A DNA stretch of 64,000 nt from an uncultured Chloroflexia bacterium (GCA_963825525.1 CAWGTN010000002.1:512001-576000), one strand, 5' to 3'. Shown: positions 19,071 through 29,769, counted from the stretch's first letter. The notes: generated by a model from the sequence alone, not told the origin. Program-made: numbers and translations.

Positions 19071-21362
19071 CTAGTCGCGCCGGCGGACGATCCCGCGCAC
19101 CGAGCGGCGGATGGCCAACCAGATGAGGGGGATCCGCAGGCGCGACCACGCCTGCTCGAGCGCGGTGGAGGCCGTCGCCGTCATGCGCTGGCCGGAGTAG
19201 GCCTGCCATACCTTGCCGTCGGCCACGGTTCGGATCGGCTCCACGTGGGAGGGCAGCTGGTCCTCGAGCCAGCCGGAATACTCGTAGATGGTCTCGGACG
19301 GACGAGGTCCGACCCCGGCCCGATCGGCGGCCATGGTCAGCTGGCGCCACGCCCGGTCGCCCGCGGGCAGGAACCGCCAGCTTCGTTGCGAACGTCGCAT
19401 CCGGATCCAGACGAACGCTCCGGCGCCGACCAGCAGCACCGCGACCAGCAGGGCATTTCCGCCCCGCGCCTGGTCAGCCGCGCCGGGTGCGTCCGGCTGG
19501 GCCGCGTCCACGCCACCGTCGATGAAGTCCACCGACGGCAGGGCGTTGATGCCGCGGCGATCGGTGGGGTCGAGCTCGAAGTCCAGGAGCGGGTCGCGGC
19601 CGTTGGCGGGCGGTACGACCGTGGCGGGGTCGCCGGTCGGACGGATGAACCGCGGATCGATCGACTTGGTGGACTCGAAGATCTGCCATCCGTAGCCCGG
19701 GAAGTAGACCTCGCCCCAGGCATGCGCGTTCGACTCGCGCACCAGGTAGGTGTCGTCATCCTGCCGCTCCCCGGGAGCAAATCCCGCGGCGACACGGGCG
19801 GGGATGCCGAGCGAGCGCGCCATCATCACGAATGAGCTTGCGTAGTACTGGCAGTAGCCCGTCCGTCCGCTCTCCGGATTGAAGAGGAAGAAGTCCACCA
19901 GGTCCTCGTCCGGACCCGGGACGGGTGCCACCGTGTCGTAGCTGAAGCTGTCGTCACGCTGAAGGTAGGCAGCCAGAGCCTTCGCCGCCTCGTAGGGATT
20001 CTGGGCATCGGCGGTGATTTCGCCTGCCAGCGCGCGCACGCGGTCGGTCACCAGGGAGTCGTCCAGGTAGAGCTCGGTGACCGACGCGGGATACTCGGCG
20101 CCTGCGGCACCCAGCTCGGCCTCGTCGGCGTTGCTGATGGCCACCGAGACCTGGTATCCCTCCCCCTCCCCGATCGGGTTGGCCGCGTCGATGCCACCGA
20201 GGACCGGCTGGCCGCCCGACTCGTGGATCACGACCGGCGCGAAGACCTGGAGCGGCGAGCCGGCGGTGAACAGGTTTCGGCCGAACGTCTGGTGCATGCT
20301 CAGGGTGATGGTGGCGATGTCGTACGCGTCCGCCGGCCGCTCGGAAGTGGCCCCGGGGAACAGCTGCTCGCCGGGCGCGACCTGGCGACGCGTCCCGTCG
20401 GTACGGTCCCAGCCGCGGCCGGTGTACACGTCGTACGTCGTCGTTCGCAGGTACAGGGAGCTCGGAGCGGCGACGGTGAGCACCTCGTCGTCCCGGCTCA
20501 CCCACTCGCCCTGCACCGTGAAGCTTCCACCGAACGTGCTGCCGGTGATCCGCGACTGCGGGTTGGTCAGCGTCCCGAACGCCCCCTCGAACTGGTCGCG
20601 AACTCCGGTCCATACCCCGTCGAAACCGCGCCAGGCGCTGGTCAGCGGGGCGGCCACGGCCACGCTGGTCAGCACCCAGGCCAGGACGACGCTCGCCCCC
20701 GCGAACACGATGCCGGATCGCATGATCGCCGCCGGAACCTCGAGGTTCTCGTTCACCCGCCGCCGCTGCCACCCGTCCTGGCGATCGACGAGCGCAGCTC
20801 GCAGCCACAGCAGCAGCGCCGCGGCAACGAAGAGGAGCAGGTGAGCGAACAAGTCGGTGAAGGTCGCCGACAGGTTGACGATCATCGCCGTGCCCAACAG
20901 CAGGATGGCGTCGATCACCCGGTGGTGGCGATACACCGCGTAGGCGGCCATGAAGGCGGTCGTCCACATGAGCAGCCCCAGGCCGATGGCGTACGGCGAC
21001 ATCTCACTCGGGAAGCCCGTTCGGACCATGGTGACCGTCCATGCCAGCAGGTCCGACCGCAGCGCCCCGATCCTGCCGGCCTGGTCCAGGGCGGGGCCGT
21101 ACTCGCCGCCGACGGTCCACAGCACCACCCCGGTCCCGACGACCGCGCTCAGCGGCAACGTGAGCACGATGCTCATGCGCAGGACGCCGAGCGCAGCGCC
21201 GGCCACCACCGCCCAGAACGCCACCGGCGGGAGGAACTCGAGCTGCTCCAACCACCCGGCGCCCTGGATGGCCCATGACAGAGCGAGAACCATGACCACG
21301 AGAAGACCAAGGCTCAGCCAGCCAGCGCGCGGGTAGAGGATGCGCTCGCGAAGGTCAGACAT
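19071..21362 (-). CDS. Multi-TM transglutaminase-domain protein (TgpA-like; DUF3488/DUF4129)
   Basis: GYCQYYAS..MARSLGIPARVA.GF, HAWGEVY.PG.GW..FE. Confidence 0.9.
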   Translation of the reverse strand: MSDLRERILYPRAGWLSLGLLVVMVLALSWAIQGAGWLEQLEFLPPVAFWAVVAGAALGVLRMSIVLTLPLSAVVGTGVVLWTVGGEYGPALDQAGRIGALRSDLLAWTVTMVRTGFPSEMSPYAIGLGLLMWTTAFMAAYAVYRHHRVIDAILLLGTAMIVNLSATFTDLFAHLLLFVAAALLLWLRAALVDRQDGWQRRRVNENLEVPAAIMRSGIVFAGASVVLAWVLTSVAVAAPLTSAWRGFDGVWTGVRDQFEGAFGTLTNPQSRITGSTFGGSFTVQGEWVSRDDEVLTVAAPSSLYLRTTTYDVYTGRGWDRTDGTRRQVAPGEQLFPGATSERPADAYDIATITLSMHQTFGRNLFTAGSPLQVFAPVVIHESGGQPVLGGIDAANPIGEGEGYQVSVAISNADEAELGAAGAEYPASVTELYLDDSLVTDRVRALAGEITADAQNPYEAAKALAAYLQRDDSFSYDTVAPVPGPDEDLVDFFLFNPESGRTGYCQYYASSFVMMARSLGIPARVAAGFAPGERQDDDTYLVRESNAHAWGEVYFPGYGWQIFESTKSIDPRFIRPTGDPATVVPPANGRDPLLDFELDPTDRRGINALPSVDFIDGGVDAAQPDAPGAADQARGGNALLVAVLLVGAGAFVWIRMRRSQRSWRFLPAGDRAWRQLTMAADRAGVGPRPSETIYEYSGWLEDQLPSHVEPIRTVADGKVWQAYSGQRMTATASTALEQAWSRLRIPLIWLAIRRSVRGIVRRRD

Positions 21363-22587
21363 GCGTGCGCGCCCTGCCGCCGATGGCATCGGCGATGACG
21401 TCACCGCGTCGAACCAGCCGGTGCTCGATGTCGTATTCGGCAAGCGCGTGGCGCACTGCGGCGAGCTCGGCACGCGCGTGGACGTCCTCCTCGACGCCCA
21501 CGTACGAGGACCGGTCCAGGAGGATGACGAGAGCCGCGACACCCCGACGCCGGAGCGCGGAGAGGCCGCGGATCCAGGCCCGATCGGTGGAGCCGGTGAT
21601 CACGCACAGCGTCACCCCGCGTCGCAGCTGCGGAAGCGTGGAGTTGATGACCTCGGCCAATGAATCGTGACCGTCGGCCTGGACGTTGGCCAGCAGGTGG
21701 AGCAGCTTCTGTTCGACGCGCGGCCCGCGGTCCGGCTGATGCACCACCGAGCGTCGCGCGGACGCGGTCATGGCCACCGATCGGTTGTCCGACAGGGTCC
21801 GCATGGCAACCGAGGCAGCGATGGTGACGGCCGTCTCGACGGACGCCTCGCTGCCGATCCCGGCGTGCACTCCGCGATCGAGATCCAGCACGATCCACAG
21901 ATCGGCCGCCTGCTCGAGGTCGAACTCCTTGACGTGCAGCTCGCCGTGACGAGCGCTCGAGAGCCAGTGGATCCGGTTGATGGCGTCCCCGTGGACGTAT
22001 GGCCGCACGCCGCCGACGAGTGGCGTGACGGCCTCATGACGCCGGCTGGCGCGGGCGGTTCCGTCGATCGGCGAGGGCGGCAGGCGCCAGTGCGGCAGGG
22101 CCACGACCTCCGGGAAGACGACGACGTTCGTCGCCGCACCCACCGTCATCTCGCTCTGGAAGAGCCCGAACGGATCTCCGGTCCGCACGCGGAGGGCGCC
22201 GAGCCGAAAGCTGCCGCGTCGCGTCAGCGTGACCTTGGCCAGCCACTGTCGAGTGCTTCGCGCCGGCACGCCGATGACGCGCCCGGGCAGCGTGGCAGGC
22301 AACGTTGACTCGTTCCAGCACTCGATCCACGGCTTCCCCCAGCGGTCGCCGTTCTCCACGCGGTAGATGGCCTGGAGCACCTCGCCGACATGGGTCCGCG
22401 GATTGAGCACGCGGTAGTCCGCCCGGACGTCGCGAAGTCCACGGCGCGCGTAGAGCCACGATCCGACGCCGATGGCCACCATGAGGTAGGCCAGGAAGAA
22501 GAGGAAGTCGATCCCGGTGCTGAACGCGGCGACGACCAGGGCCGTTCCCAGGAACAGCAGGCGAAGGTGGCGGCTCAGGAGACCCAT
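21355..22587 (-). CDS. DUF58 protein (MoxR partner)
   Basis: RRG, DPFGLF, VRPY..GD..NRIHW..SAR.G.L.VKEF. Confidence 0.9.
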   Translation of the reverse strand: MGLLSRHLRLLFLGTALVVAAFSTGIDFLFFLAYLMVAIGVGSWLYARRGLRDVRADYRVLNPRTHVGEVLQAIYRVENGDRWGKPWIECWNESTLPATLPGRVIGVPARSTRQWLAKVTLTRRGSFRLGALRVRTGDPFGLFQSEMTVGAATNVVVFPEVVALPHWRLPPSPIDGTARASRRHEAVTPLVGGVRPYVHGDAINRIHWLSSARHGELHVKEFDLEQAADLWIVLDLDRGVHAGIGSEASVETAVTIAASVAMRTLSDNRSVAMTASARRSVVHQPDRGPRVEQKLLHLLANVQADGHDSLAEVINSTLPQLRRGVTLCVITGSTDRAWIRGLSALRRRGVAALVILLDRSSYVGVEEDVHARAELAAVRHALAEYDIEHRLVRRGDVIADAIGGRARTHV

Positions 22588-22594
22588 GACCGGA

Positions 22595-23569
22595 TCAGGA
22601 GACCCGGCTGCGCCCGGTCTCCGCCGCGGCGGCGGCATCGGCCACCGGGACCGAGGCCAGGATCTCGCGAACGATCTGCTCCGGGTCGACCTCGCGCAGG
22701 GATGCCTGGCTCTTGACGATCAGTCGATGGGCCAGGATGGCGACCGCCAGCTGCTTGACGTCGTCGGGAATGACGTAGTCGCGCCCGTTGAGGGCCGCGT
22801 GGGCCTGGGTTGCGCGGTAGAGGTTGAGTGAGCCTCGGGGCGACGCGCCGAGGTAGACGTCAGGGTGCTCGCGCGTGGCGTGGACCAGCCGAACGATGTA
22901 CTCGGCCACCGCCTGGTCGACGTACACCTCCTTGATGTTGGCCTGCATCTCGCGCAGCTCATCGATGCCGAGGACCTGCTCGACCTCGGAAAGTGGGTGG
23001 CGTCGCTTCTGCTCGTCCAGGATGACGAGCTCCTCCATCGGCTTCGGATAGCCGAGGCGCAGACGGAGCATGAAGCGGTCGAGCTGCGCCTCCGGCAGGG
23101 CGAAGGTTCCCTCGTACTCGATGGGGTTCTGGGTGGCGATGACGAGGAATGGAGTCGGCATCGGGTAGGTCACGCCGTCGATCGTGGCCTGTCGCTCCTC
23201 CATGCACTCGAGCAGGGCGCTCTGGGTCTTCGGCGTCGCCCGGTTGATCTCGTCGGCCAGGACGACCTGGGCCATGATCGGCCCGGGGCGGAACTCGAAC
23301 TCGGTGGTCTTCTGGTTGAAGATGGAGAGGCCGGTCACGTCGGACGGCAGGAGGTCGGGCGTGAACTGGATGCGGCGGAAGCTGCACCCGATGCTCTGGC
23401 TGAGGGCTTTGGCGAGCATGGTCTTGCCGACCCCTGGGACGTCCTCGATGAGGATGTGACCCTGGCACAGGAGCGCCACGAGCGCCATCCGGACCTCGAC
23501 ATGCTTGCCGATGATGACGCGCTCGACGCTGGCGACGACGCGCTCCGCTGGCTGCTGGACGTTCTTCAC
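22595..23569 (-). CDS. moxR: MoxR-family AAA+ ATPase
   Basis: [51 protein letters not shown]. Confidence 0.95.
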   Translation of the reverse strand: MKNVQQPAERVVASVERVIIGKHVEVRMALVALLCQGHILIEDVPGVGKTMLAKALSQSIGCSFRRIQFTPDLLPSDVTGLSIFNQKTTEFEFRPGPIMAQVVLADEINRATPKTQSALLECMEERQATIDGVTYPMPTPFLVIATQNPIEYEGTFALPEAQLDRFMLRLRLGYPKPMEELVILDEQKRRHPLSEVEQVLGIDELREMQANIKEVYVDQAVAEYIVRLVHATREHPDVYLGASPRGSLNLYRATQAHAALNGRDYVIPDDVKQLAVAILAHRLIVKSQASLREVDPEQIVREILASVPVADAAAAAETGRSRVS

Positions 23570-23695
23570 GTTGTGGTCATCTCCCCGTCACCGCTGCCGG
23601 GGGCCACCGATCCGGGGGCCCGGTCTTCAAAAGACAATACCCCACCCCGGCTCGAATCGGTTCAGCGGGACCTTGTCAGGCGCTCGCTCGACGCC

Positions 23696-25234
23696 TCAGG
23701 AACCTGCCGAGAGGCGGAGCCACTCCGCCATCACCCGTCCGGCAATCGGAGCTGCTCCGGCCGATCCCGACCCGCCGCTCTCGACGACCACCGCGATCGC
23801 GATCTTCGGCGTCGCCTCGGCCTCACCGGGTGCGAAGCCGATGAACCACGAGTGCGGCGCCTGCTCCCCGCCCAGCTCCGCAGTGCCGGTCTTTCCGGCG
23901 GACCGCGCATCGCCGATGCCGTACAGCGTGACGTCAGCCTGTCCGGCGTAGAGCCGGCCCAGCTCGCCGTTGACCGCGTCGACCATGGCGGCGCGGGTCG
24001 CGCGGGCAGCGGCCGAGCCCACCATGCGCGTGCCACCGCCCGAGCCGAACGTCTCGAGCACTTCCTCGGCCGGCGATGAGCCGTCGGCGTGAGAGCGGAC
24101 GTCCCGGACCACGAACGGCCGAGGTGCGACGCCGTCGCCGGCGATCGCCGCGGCCACCATCGCCATCTGCACCGGCGTCACGGCCGTGCGGCCCTGCCCG
24201 AACGATGCGCTCGCCAGCTCGACGTTGTCCCGGAACGGCCCGCAGTCGCCGTCCGCCTCTGCGGTCACGAAGCTGGTGCCGACCGACAGCGCGCGGCCGG
24301 GAGGGCCGATCTGGATCGGCGCGCAGAAGCCGAAGCGACGGGCGTAATCCAGGAATCCTTCGGCACCGAGCTCGAGGCCGACATGCGCGAAGAAGATGTT
24401 GCTCGAGACCTGGAGTGCCGGAGAGAGCGACCACAGTGCCGGCTCGATGCCACCCAGGTCGTGCTCACGCACGGCGAACCCGTCGACGACGAAGCCGTCC
24501 CGCTCTTCCCGGGGCTGATCGGCGAAGGTCGTCTCGGGCGTGATCACCCCCGCATCAAGGGCGGCCGCGGCCGTGAAGACCTTCATGATCGACCCGGGGA
24601 CGTAGAGCCCCTGCCGGGCACGTGCGAGCAGTGGCTCGGCCGGATCGGCCCGCAGGGCATCCATCGCCTCCTGCGCCCCGTTCGGGTCGCCGGAGATCGG
24701 GGTCGCATCGAACGTCGGCGTCGAGACGAGGGCCAAGATGGCGCCGGTCTGCGGATCGAGCGCGACGACCGCGCCGGCGTTCCCACCGAGCTGGGCCGCG
24801 GCGAAGTCCTGCAGCCGCCGGTCAATGGTGAGCGTGAGGTCCCGCGGCTGCGGCTGCCGGTCCAGGACGTCGCTGATGAGGTCGCGGATCGGGTTGGGAT
24901 CGGTCTGGCCGACAAGGATGTCCTCGAATGATCGCTCGAGGCCGGTCGTGCCGAACCGAAGGCTCGAATACCCGATGACGTGGGTGAAGGCCGGGTCGAA
25001 GTAGGTGCGACGGCTGAGACCATCGATCACCTCGGATGAGGCGAGCATCTGCCCGTTGGCGTCGAAGATGGTCCCGCGCAGCAGGCTGCGACGTGCGGCG
25101 ATGACCTCGGGATTGTCCGAACGCACCGACAGGCCGTGGGCCTCGACGACCTGCCACCACACGATGCTGCCGGAGAGGACGGCAAAGGCAAGCATGAGAT
25201 ACAGGCCCAGGCGCCGGACGTTGGTCGCGATCAC
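23696..25234 (-). CDS. pbpA: Class B penicillin-binding protein (PbpA-like transpeptidase)
   Basis: N-terminal TM, RG.I.D, PGSIMK (SxxK), SSN, KTGT. Confidence 0.9.
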   Translation of the reverse strand: MIATNVRRLGLYLMLAFAVLSGSIVWWQVVEAHGLSVRSDNPEVIAARRSLLRGTIFDANGQMLASSEVIDGLSRRTYFDPAFTHVIGYSSLRFGTTGLERSFEDILVGQTDPNPIRDLISDVLDRQPQPRDLTLTIDRRLQDFAAAQLGGNAGAVVALDPQTGAILALVSTPTFDATPISGDPNGAQEAMDALRADPAEPLLARARQGLYVPGSIMKVFTAAAALDAGVITPETTFADQPREERDGFVVDGFAVREHDLGGIEPALWSLSPALQVSSNIFFAHVGLELGAEGFLDYARRFGFCAPIQIGPPGRALSVGTSFVTAEADGDCGPFRDNVELASASFGQGRTAVTPVQMAMVAAAIAGDGVAPRPFVVRDVRSHADGSSPAEEVLETFGSGGGTRMVGSAAARATRAAMVDAVNGELGRLYAGQADVTLYGIGDARSAGKTGTAELGGEQAPHSWFIGFAPGEAEATPKIAIAVVVESGGSGSAGAAPIAGRVMAEWLRLSAGS

Positions 25235-26565
25235 GAGCCCTGAGCCTCTTCGGCGGACCCGCTGCGGTGGCTGATCGCCAGCAGCAGGCCGATCATGATG
25301 AAGCTCGCCATCACGCTCGACCCGCCGTAGCTCACGAACGGGAGGGTGATGCCGGTGAGCGGGATGAGCTTGGTGTTGCCGCCGATGATGATCAGGGTCT
25401 GGAGGCCAAGGCTCGCGGTCACTCCGACCGCCAGGAGCGCGCCGAAATCGTCGCGAGCGAGCGCGGCGATGCGCAGCCCCCTGAACACGAGCGCCATCGC
25501 GAATCCAAGGAGCGCGAAGGCACCGAGCAGCCCGAGCTCCTCCGCGATGGCGGTGAAGATGAAGTCGGTGTGGACGTACGGGATCGTGAGCGAGCCGCCC
25601 AGCGTCACGAGGCCCTGGCCGAGCCCCTCGCCGAACACGCCGCCGCGGCCCAGCGCGTAGAGCGCACGGACGGGCTGGAATCCCGCCCCCAGCGGATCGG
25701 CGAAGGGATCCAGCCACACGTCGACGCGCAGCTGAACATGGCCGAACAGCTGGTACGCGACGAAGAACCCGGCGACGAAGAGGATGAGCCCGATGAGCAC
25801 GTAGCTGCGCCTGCCGGTGGCCACGAACAGCATCGTCAGGAAGATGCCGAAGAAGAGCAGCGCGGTTCCGAGGTCGTTGAGGCGCACGACCACGAGCATC
25901 ACCGCGCCGAACAGCACGAGCATGGGCAGGAAATACGGCAAGGGCGGCACGCTGAGGAAGCCGATCCGCATGCTGGCGCTGGTGAGAAGGGTTCGCGTCT
26001 CGGCCAGGTAGCCGGCGATGAAGATGACGAGGACGATCTTCAGCAGCTCGCCCGGCTGAATGCTGACCGGACCGAGATCGATCCAGAGCCGCGCCCCGTT
26101 GACCTCGTATCCGAACAGGAGGGTCGCGGCCAGCAGGCCGATGCCGATCGCGGCCCACGAGTACTTGTAGTGTCGCAGGATCCCGTCGTCGCGCAGTCCG
26201 ACAGCGATCGCCACCATGGCGATCATCCCGACGGCGAACCACAGGACCTGGGTTGCGGCCATGCCCAGCTCGAGCCCGAAGGCATTCGTGCCCGCCAGGT
26301 CCTGGGGAAGCCGGTTGAGCATGATGATTCCGATGCCGCCGAGGGCCCCGACGGCCGGCAGGATCAGCTGATCACCGCGATGGCCGAACGCGACGAGCAC
26401 GAGGTGCGCGACGACGAACAGCGAGACGTACACCAACGCCAGCGTCAGGTCTCCGGCATCCAGCGCTCCGCTGACCGCGATGTTCGTGACCAGGAAGCCG
26501 AACGGAACCAGCAGCAGGATCGGGAGCAGGAGGCGGAACTCGGCCCCGCGCCAGGCGATCCTCAT
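25231..26565 (-). CDS. rodA: SEDS-family peptidoglycan polymerase (RodA/FtsW)
   Basis: GARLWI..G..SIQPGE..K, DLGT, HTDFIF..I.EE.G, PLTGITLPFVSYGGSS. Confidence 0.92.
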   Translation of the reverse strand: MRIAWRGAEFRLLLPILLLVPFGFLVTNIAVSGALDAGDLTLALVYVSLFVVAHLVLVAFGHRGDQLILPAVGALGGIGIIMLNRLPQDLAGTNAFGLELGMAATQVLWFAVGMIAMVAIAVGLRDDGILRHYKYSWAAIGIGLLAATLLFGYEVNGARLWIDLGPVSIQPGELLKIVLVIFIAGYLAETRTLLTSASMRIGFLSVPPLPYFLPMLVLFGAVMLVVVRLNDLGTALLFFGIFLTMLFVATGRRSYVLIGLILFVAGFFVAYQLFGHVQLRVDVWLDPFADPLGAGFQPVRALYALGRGGVFGEGLGQGLVTLGGSLTIPYVHTDFIFTAIAEELGLLGAFALLGFAMALVFRGLRIAALARDDFGALLAVGVTASLGLQTLIIIGGNTKLIPLTGITLPFVSYGGSSVMASFIMIGLLLAISHRSGSAEEAQGS

Positions 26566-26575
26566 CGGCTGCTGC

Positions 26576-27019
26576 TCATCGGTCCAGGCGCATCCGAACG
26601 CGGCCGACGGTCAGCTCATCCCCGAAGCTCAGCGCCACCGCCCGTTCGATGCGGTGTCCATTCACGTAGGTGCCGTTCGTGCTGCCCTGGTCCTCCACGA
26701 ACCAGCTCCGGCCGCGGAACGTCAGCATCGCGTGGTTGGCGCTTACGAAATCGTCCTCGACGAAGATCGTGTTGTTCACGTTGCGCCCGATGGAGTTGAT
26801 CGGCCCCAGGGCGATGGTGGTCCCGTTGGGCGGCTCGTCGGCGGGCGACTCGAGCACGGAGAGGCGCCCGATCCCCGACCGCGAGCTGATCTGCGCCTCC
26901 TCGGCGCTGCGAAGGTCACGGAGCAGCGAGCCCGCGAAACGGGCAAGGATGAGGTAGAGAAGGGCAACGAAGCCCAGCTGGGCGAGCAACAGGAGAATGC
27001 GCAGGATCTCGGCGGTCAC
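26576..27019 (-). CDS. Membrane-anchored FHA-domain protein (FhaB/FipA-like)
   Basis: N-terminal TM; IGR, D.FVS.NHA, D.GSTNGT.VNG. Confidence 0.9.
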   Translation of the reverse strand: MTAEILRILLLLAQLGFVALLYLILARFAGSLLRDLRSAEEAQISSRSGIGRLSVLESPADEPPNGTTIALGPINSIGRNVNNTIFVEDDFVSANHAMLTFRGRSWFVEDQGSTNGTYVNGHRIERAVALSFGDELTVGRVRMRLDR

Positions 27020-27771
27020 GTGCGGACCTGGAACTCGATCTGCGTGTCACCGATCTCGATCAGATCGCCGGGGCCGAGTGCGATCTGGCTCACCGTCTGA
27101 CCGTTCACGGTGGAACCGTTGCGGCTGCCGAGGTCGGTGAAGCTGTACGCGCCATGCTGCAGCTTCAGCTGGCAATGGTGGCGACTGACCATCGGGTCAT
27201 CGACGATCACATCGTTGTCGCTGGCACGGCCCACGCCGATGAGCGCGCCGCCAAGGTCGAACTGCACCGCCCGGCTGCCTCGCGTGCTCACGAGCAGGTA
27301 GGCACGACGCGCGGAGTCGGGTGCATCGGCACCCTCCGGGCGGTTGAAGACCATGGTGTCGGAGTTGCCCGGCATCGGCATGGCGTCGGGGATGCGCTCC
27401 CCGCGTTCGTCGATGACGTTCGCCGCCACCCGGATCTCTCCGCGCCGCGATTGCTCGTCCGAGATGATCTGGACCCGGGGACGCGCGACGAGGGTATAGC
27501 GCTCATGACGCGCGCGAGCGAGCACGCCATGTGCCAGGTCGTCCTCGAGTGAACCGCGATACGAGGCGAACGCGGCGAAGTCACGCGGATGGAGGTGCAG
27601 GTCGTACTGGTTGGGCACGATGACGCCCGCGTCACGGTAGATCTTGTTCGTGTCCATGGCGCGCTCGATCCGCTTCGCAAGGTTGACCGGCTGGATCGAG
27701 GCACCGAGTCGCCCTGCCGGGGCTTCGAGGAAGCGCTCGAGGAACGACTCGACACGCGAGAGGATGCCCAT
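27016..27771 (-). CDS. DUF3662 + FHA protein (FhaA-like)
   Basis: IQPV.LAK..ERAM, VPN.Y...LHP.D; GR, VSR.H, DLGSRNG..VNG. Confidence 0.9.
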   Translation of the reverse strand: MGILSRVESFLERFLEAPAGRLGASIQPVNLAKRIERAMDTNKIYRDAGVIVPNQYDLHLHPRDFAAFASYRGSLEDDLAHGVLARARHERYTLVARPRVQIISDEQSRRGEIRVAANVIDERGERIPDAMPMPGNSDTMVFNRPEGADAPDSARRAYLLVSTRGSRAVQFDLGGALIGVGRASDNDVIVDDPMVSRHHCQLKLQHGAYSFTDLGSRNGSTVNGQTVSQIALGPGDLIEIGDTQIEFQVRT

Positions 27772-27905
27772 CGCGGCCGATCCTAGCACGCGGGGTACGA
27801 ACGGCCGCTCGCCGGGTACGATTGCCCCGTAGGGGTCTGGGGGACCTCGTGGCTATACTTCGGGGCCCTGACTGCTGCCGAGCTCCGGGAGAGACCACAC
27901 CACCA

Positions 27906-29306
27906 TTGGCTGACACCCTCACTGAGTCCTTTTGCGAACGTTGCGGGACGCGCTATGAGTTCCAGGCGCCGACCCGCCTGAATCCCCTGCGCAAAACCCG
28001 GGGATTCATCGGTGGGCTGCGAAACTACCTGACCAGCCAGGACGCCCTCTCCGATGCGATGAGCGATGGCATGCGCTCGGAAGAGGAGGGCCTCGCCTCC
28101 GCCCAGCTGGACGCCTTCCACGAGTCGTTCAACTTCTGCATCGACTGCCGCCAGTACACGTGCGTCAATTGCTGGAACGATGATGCCGGCCGCTGCCGAA
28201 GCTGCGCGCCGATCGCCGGCACCGATGACCTGGTCGAGCGGCTCGCCGCATCCGCGGTCGCCACGACGTCGGTTCCCGTTGACGACACGATGCTCATCGG
28301 CGACGGCCACGTGCACCGCGGCGTCGATCAGTGGCCGTCGTCGGACCTCGTGGCCGACCCCGCACCGTGGCCGAGCGCGGAGTCCGCGCCGATGTCGCCC
28401 GAAGTGGAACCCACCTGGGCGTCGGACGAGCCCGAGGTCGTTGAACCAGAGCCCGAGCCGGTTGCTGCCGAGGCCGAGCCCGTGCTTGAGCCCGAAGCCG
28501 AGGCCGAGCCGGTTGCTGCCGAGGCTGAGCCTGCGCCCGTGCTTGAACCCGAAGCCGAGGTCGTGCCCGTTGCTGCTGAGGCCGAGGCCGAGGTCGAGCC
28601 CGAGCCGATCGTGGTCGAGCCCGAGCCCGAGCCCGTTGTCGCCGAGGCTGAACCAGTTGCCGCCGAGGCCGAGGATGCGGCCGCCGTTCATGCACCACTT
28701 CGCGTCGTCGCGTGGGACGAGGATGCCGAGGACGACTTCATCATGCCGGCCGCGGAGGTCGTGCCGGATGCGCCAGCCGCCGTGGTCGGCCCCGAGTACG
28801 AGGCCGAGGACGAGCCGGTCGCGGCGGAATCGGAGATCGCCGCCACGTCCCACGAACACGATGTGCCGGAGCCGGTACAGCCCGCCGCGATCGAGGAAGC
28901 GCCGCTGAGCGTCGCACCGATCTCACAGACGATTCTGCGATTCCCCGATCCACCCGCACCGACCGGGGACGCCTCGAGCGGAGAGGACCTCGCCGCCCAG
29001 CGGCCCGAGCAGGCCGCTCGCCGCGCGCAGCTGGACCTGCTGGGGCTGGGCGACCCGGGAGAGGGGCCGGTCGCACCCGAACGCACGGCCGGCTTGCCGT
29101 ATCGCTCGCGAGGTGCCGCCGTCAGCCGGGCCGAGATGGAGGCACATGCTCGGGCGGGCGGCTCGTTCTGGGAGGCATCCGCTCGGGAGGTCGCCAGCGC
29201 CGCCGGGCAGATCGGCGTGCAGAGCTGTGGCCAGTGCGGCCTCTCCCTCTCGGCAAATGCTCGCTTCTGCCGCCGCTGCGGCACGCGCCAGGCGCAATCC
29301 GCCTAG
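27906..29306 (+). CDS. Hypothetical protein: N-terminal multi-Cys Zn module, acidic Glu/Pro/Ala repeat linker, C-terminal zinc ribbon
   Basis: CERC; CIDC-x4-CVNC-x7-CRSC; EPVAAEAE repeats; CGQC..FCRRCG; TTG start. Confidence 0.75.
   Translation: MADTLTESFCERCGTRYEFQAPTRLNPLRKTRGFIGGLRNYLTSQDALSDAMSDGMRSEEEGLASAQLDAFHESFNFCIDCRQYTCVNCWNDDAGRCRSCAPIAGTDDLVERLAASAVATTSVPVDDTMLIGDGHVHRGVDQWPSSDLVADPAPWPSAESAPMSPEVEPTWASDEPEVVEPEPEPVAAEAEPVLEPEAEAEPVAAEAEPAPVLEPEAEVVPVAAEAEAEVEPEPIVVEPEPEPVVAEAEPVAAEAEDAAAVHAPLRVVAWDEDAEDDFIMPAAEVVPDAPAAVVGPEYEAEDEPVAAESEIAATSHEHDVPEPVQPAAIEEAPLSVAPISQTILRFPDPPAPTGDASSGEDLAAQRPEQAARRAQLDLLGLGDPGEGPVAPERTAGLPYRSRGAAVSRAEMEAHARAGGSFWEASAREVASAAGQIGVQSCGQCGLSLSANARFCRRCGTRQAQSA
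28440..28675 (+). repeat. Coding repeats (EPEPVAAEAEP-like)
   Basis: ccgagccggttgctgccgagg and variants recur. Confidence 0.8.
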
Positions 29307-29702
29307 CTGGAGGTCGAGCTCGAGGTCACGTCCTTGGACTTCGCGGTCTCGGTGGAGCCACCGCCGCCCGAATCAGTGCCGCCGCTGCCCGAGCTCGAGC
29401 CCGAGCCGCCCCCCGAGTCGCCACCGGCGGCCCGAGCCCGAGCCGCCCCCCGAGTCGCCACCGGACGTCGAGGTGGATTCCGAGTCCTTCTTCCTCTCGC
29501 CGCCGGGCATCGAGCTGGAGGATGCCGCGCGAGAGTCGTTCCGGTAGAAGCCGGGACCCTTGAAGATGATGCCGGTCGGATGAATCACGCGGCGCAGTGC
29601 ACCACCGCACAGTTCGCAGACGGACGGTCCGTCATCGAGCATGGAGTGGATCACTTCGGTCACGGTGCCGCAGGCGCGGCACTGGTAGTCGTACGTTGGC
29701 AA
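29303..29702 (-). CDS. FmdB-family zinc-ribbon protein with a Ser/Gly tail; +1 frameshift near 29430
   Basis: PTYDYQCRACG..C..CGG..RVI....IFKGPGFY.ND; the tail reaches TAG 29303 only after removing one base. Confidence 0.85.
29396..29464. repeat. 32-bp direct repeat x2 (period 37)
   Basis: cgagcccgagccgccccccgagtcgccaccgg at 29396 and 29433. Confidence 0.9.
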
Positions 29703-29717
29703 GAGACGCATCATGGC

Positions 29718-29748
29718 AAAGCGAAAGGGTCCGCGCAATGCGGACCCT
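29718..29748 (-). terminator. Probable intrinsic terminator after the CpaE-like gene
   Basis: 9-bp stem agggtccgc/gcggaccct followed on the minus strand by TTCGCTTT. Confidence 0.65.
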
Positions 29749-29769
29749 CTGCGCCGGACGATTGTGGCG

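Noticed and set aside
26562-26579. Mini-ORF ATG AGC AGC AGC CGA TGA bridging fhaB and rodA by two ATGA overlaps
   Set aside because: Too short to support; could be chance or a 1-nt error in the rodA N-terminus
28440-29464. Direct repeats as a CRISPR or mobile-element signature
   Set aside because: They are coding low-complexity repeats without unique spacers
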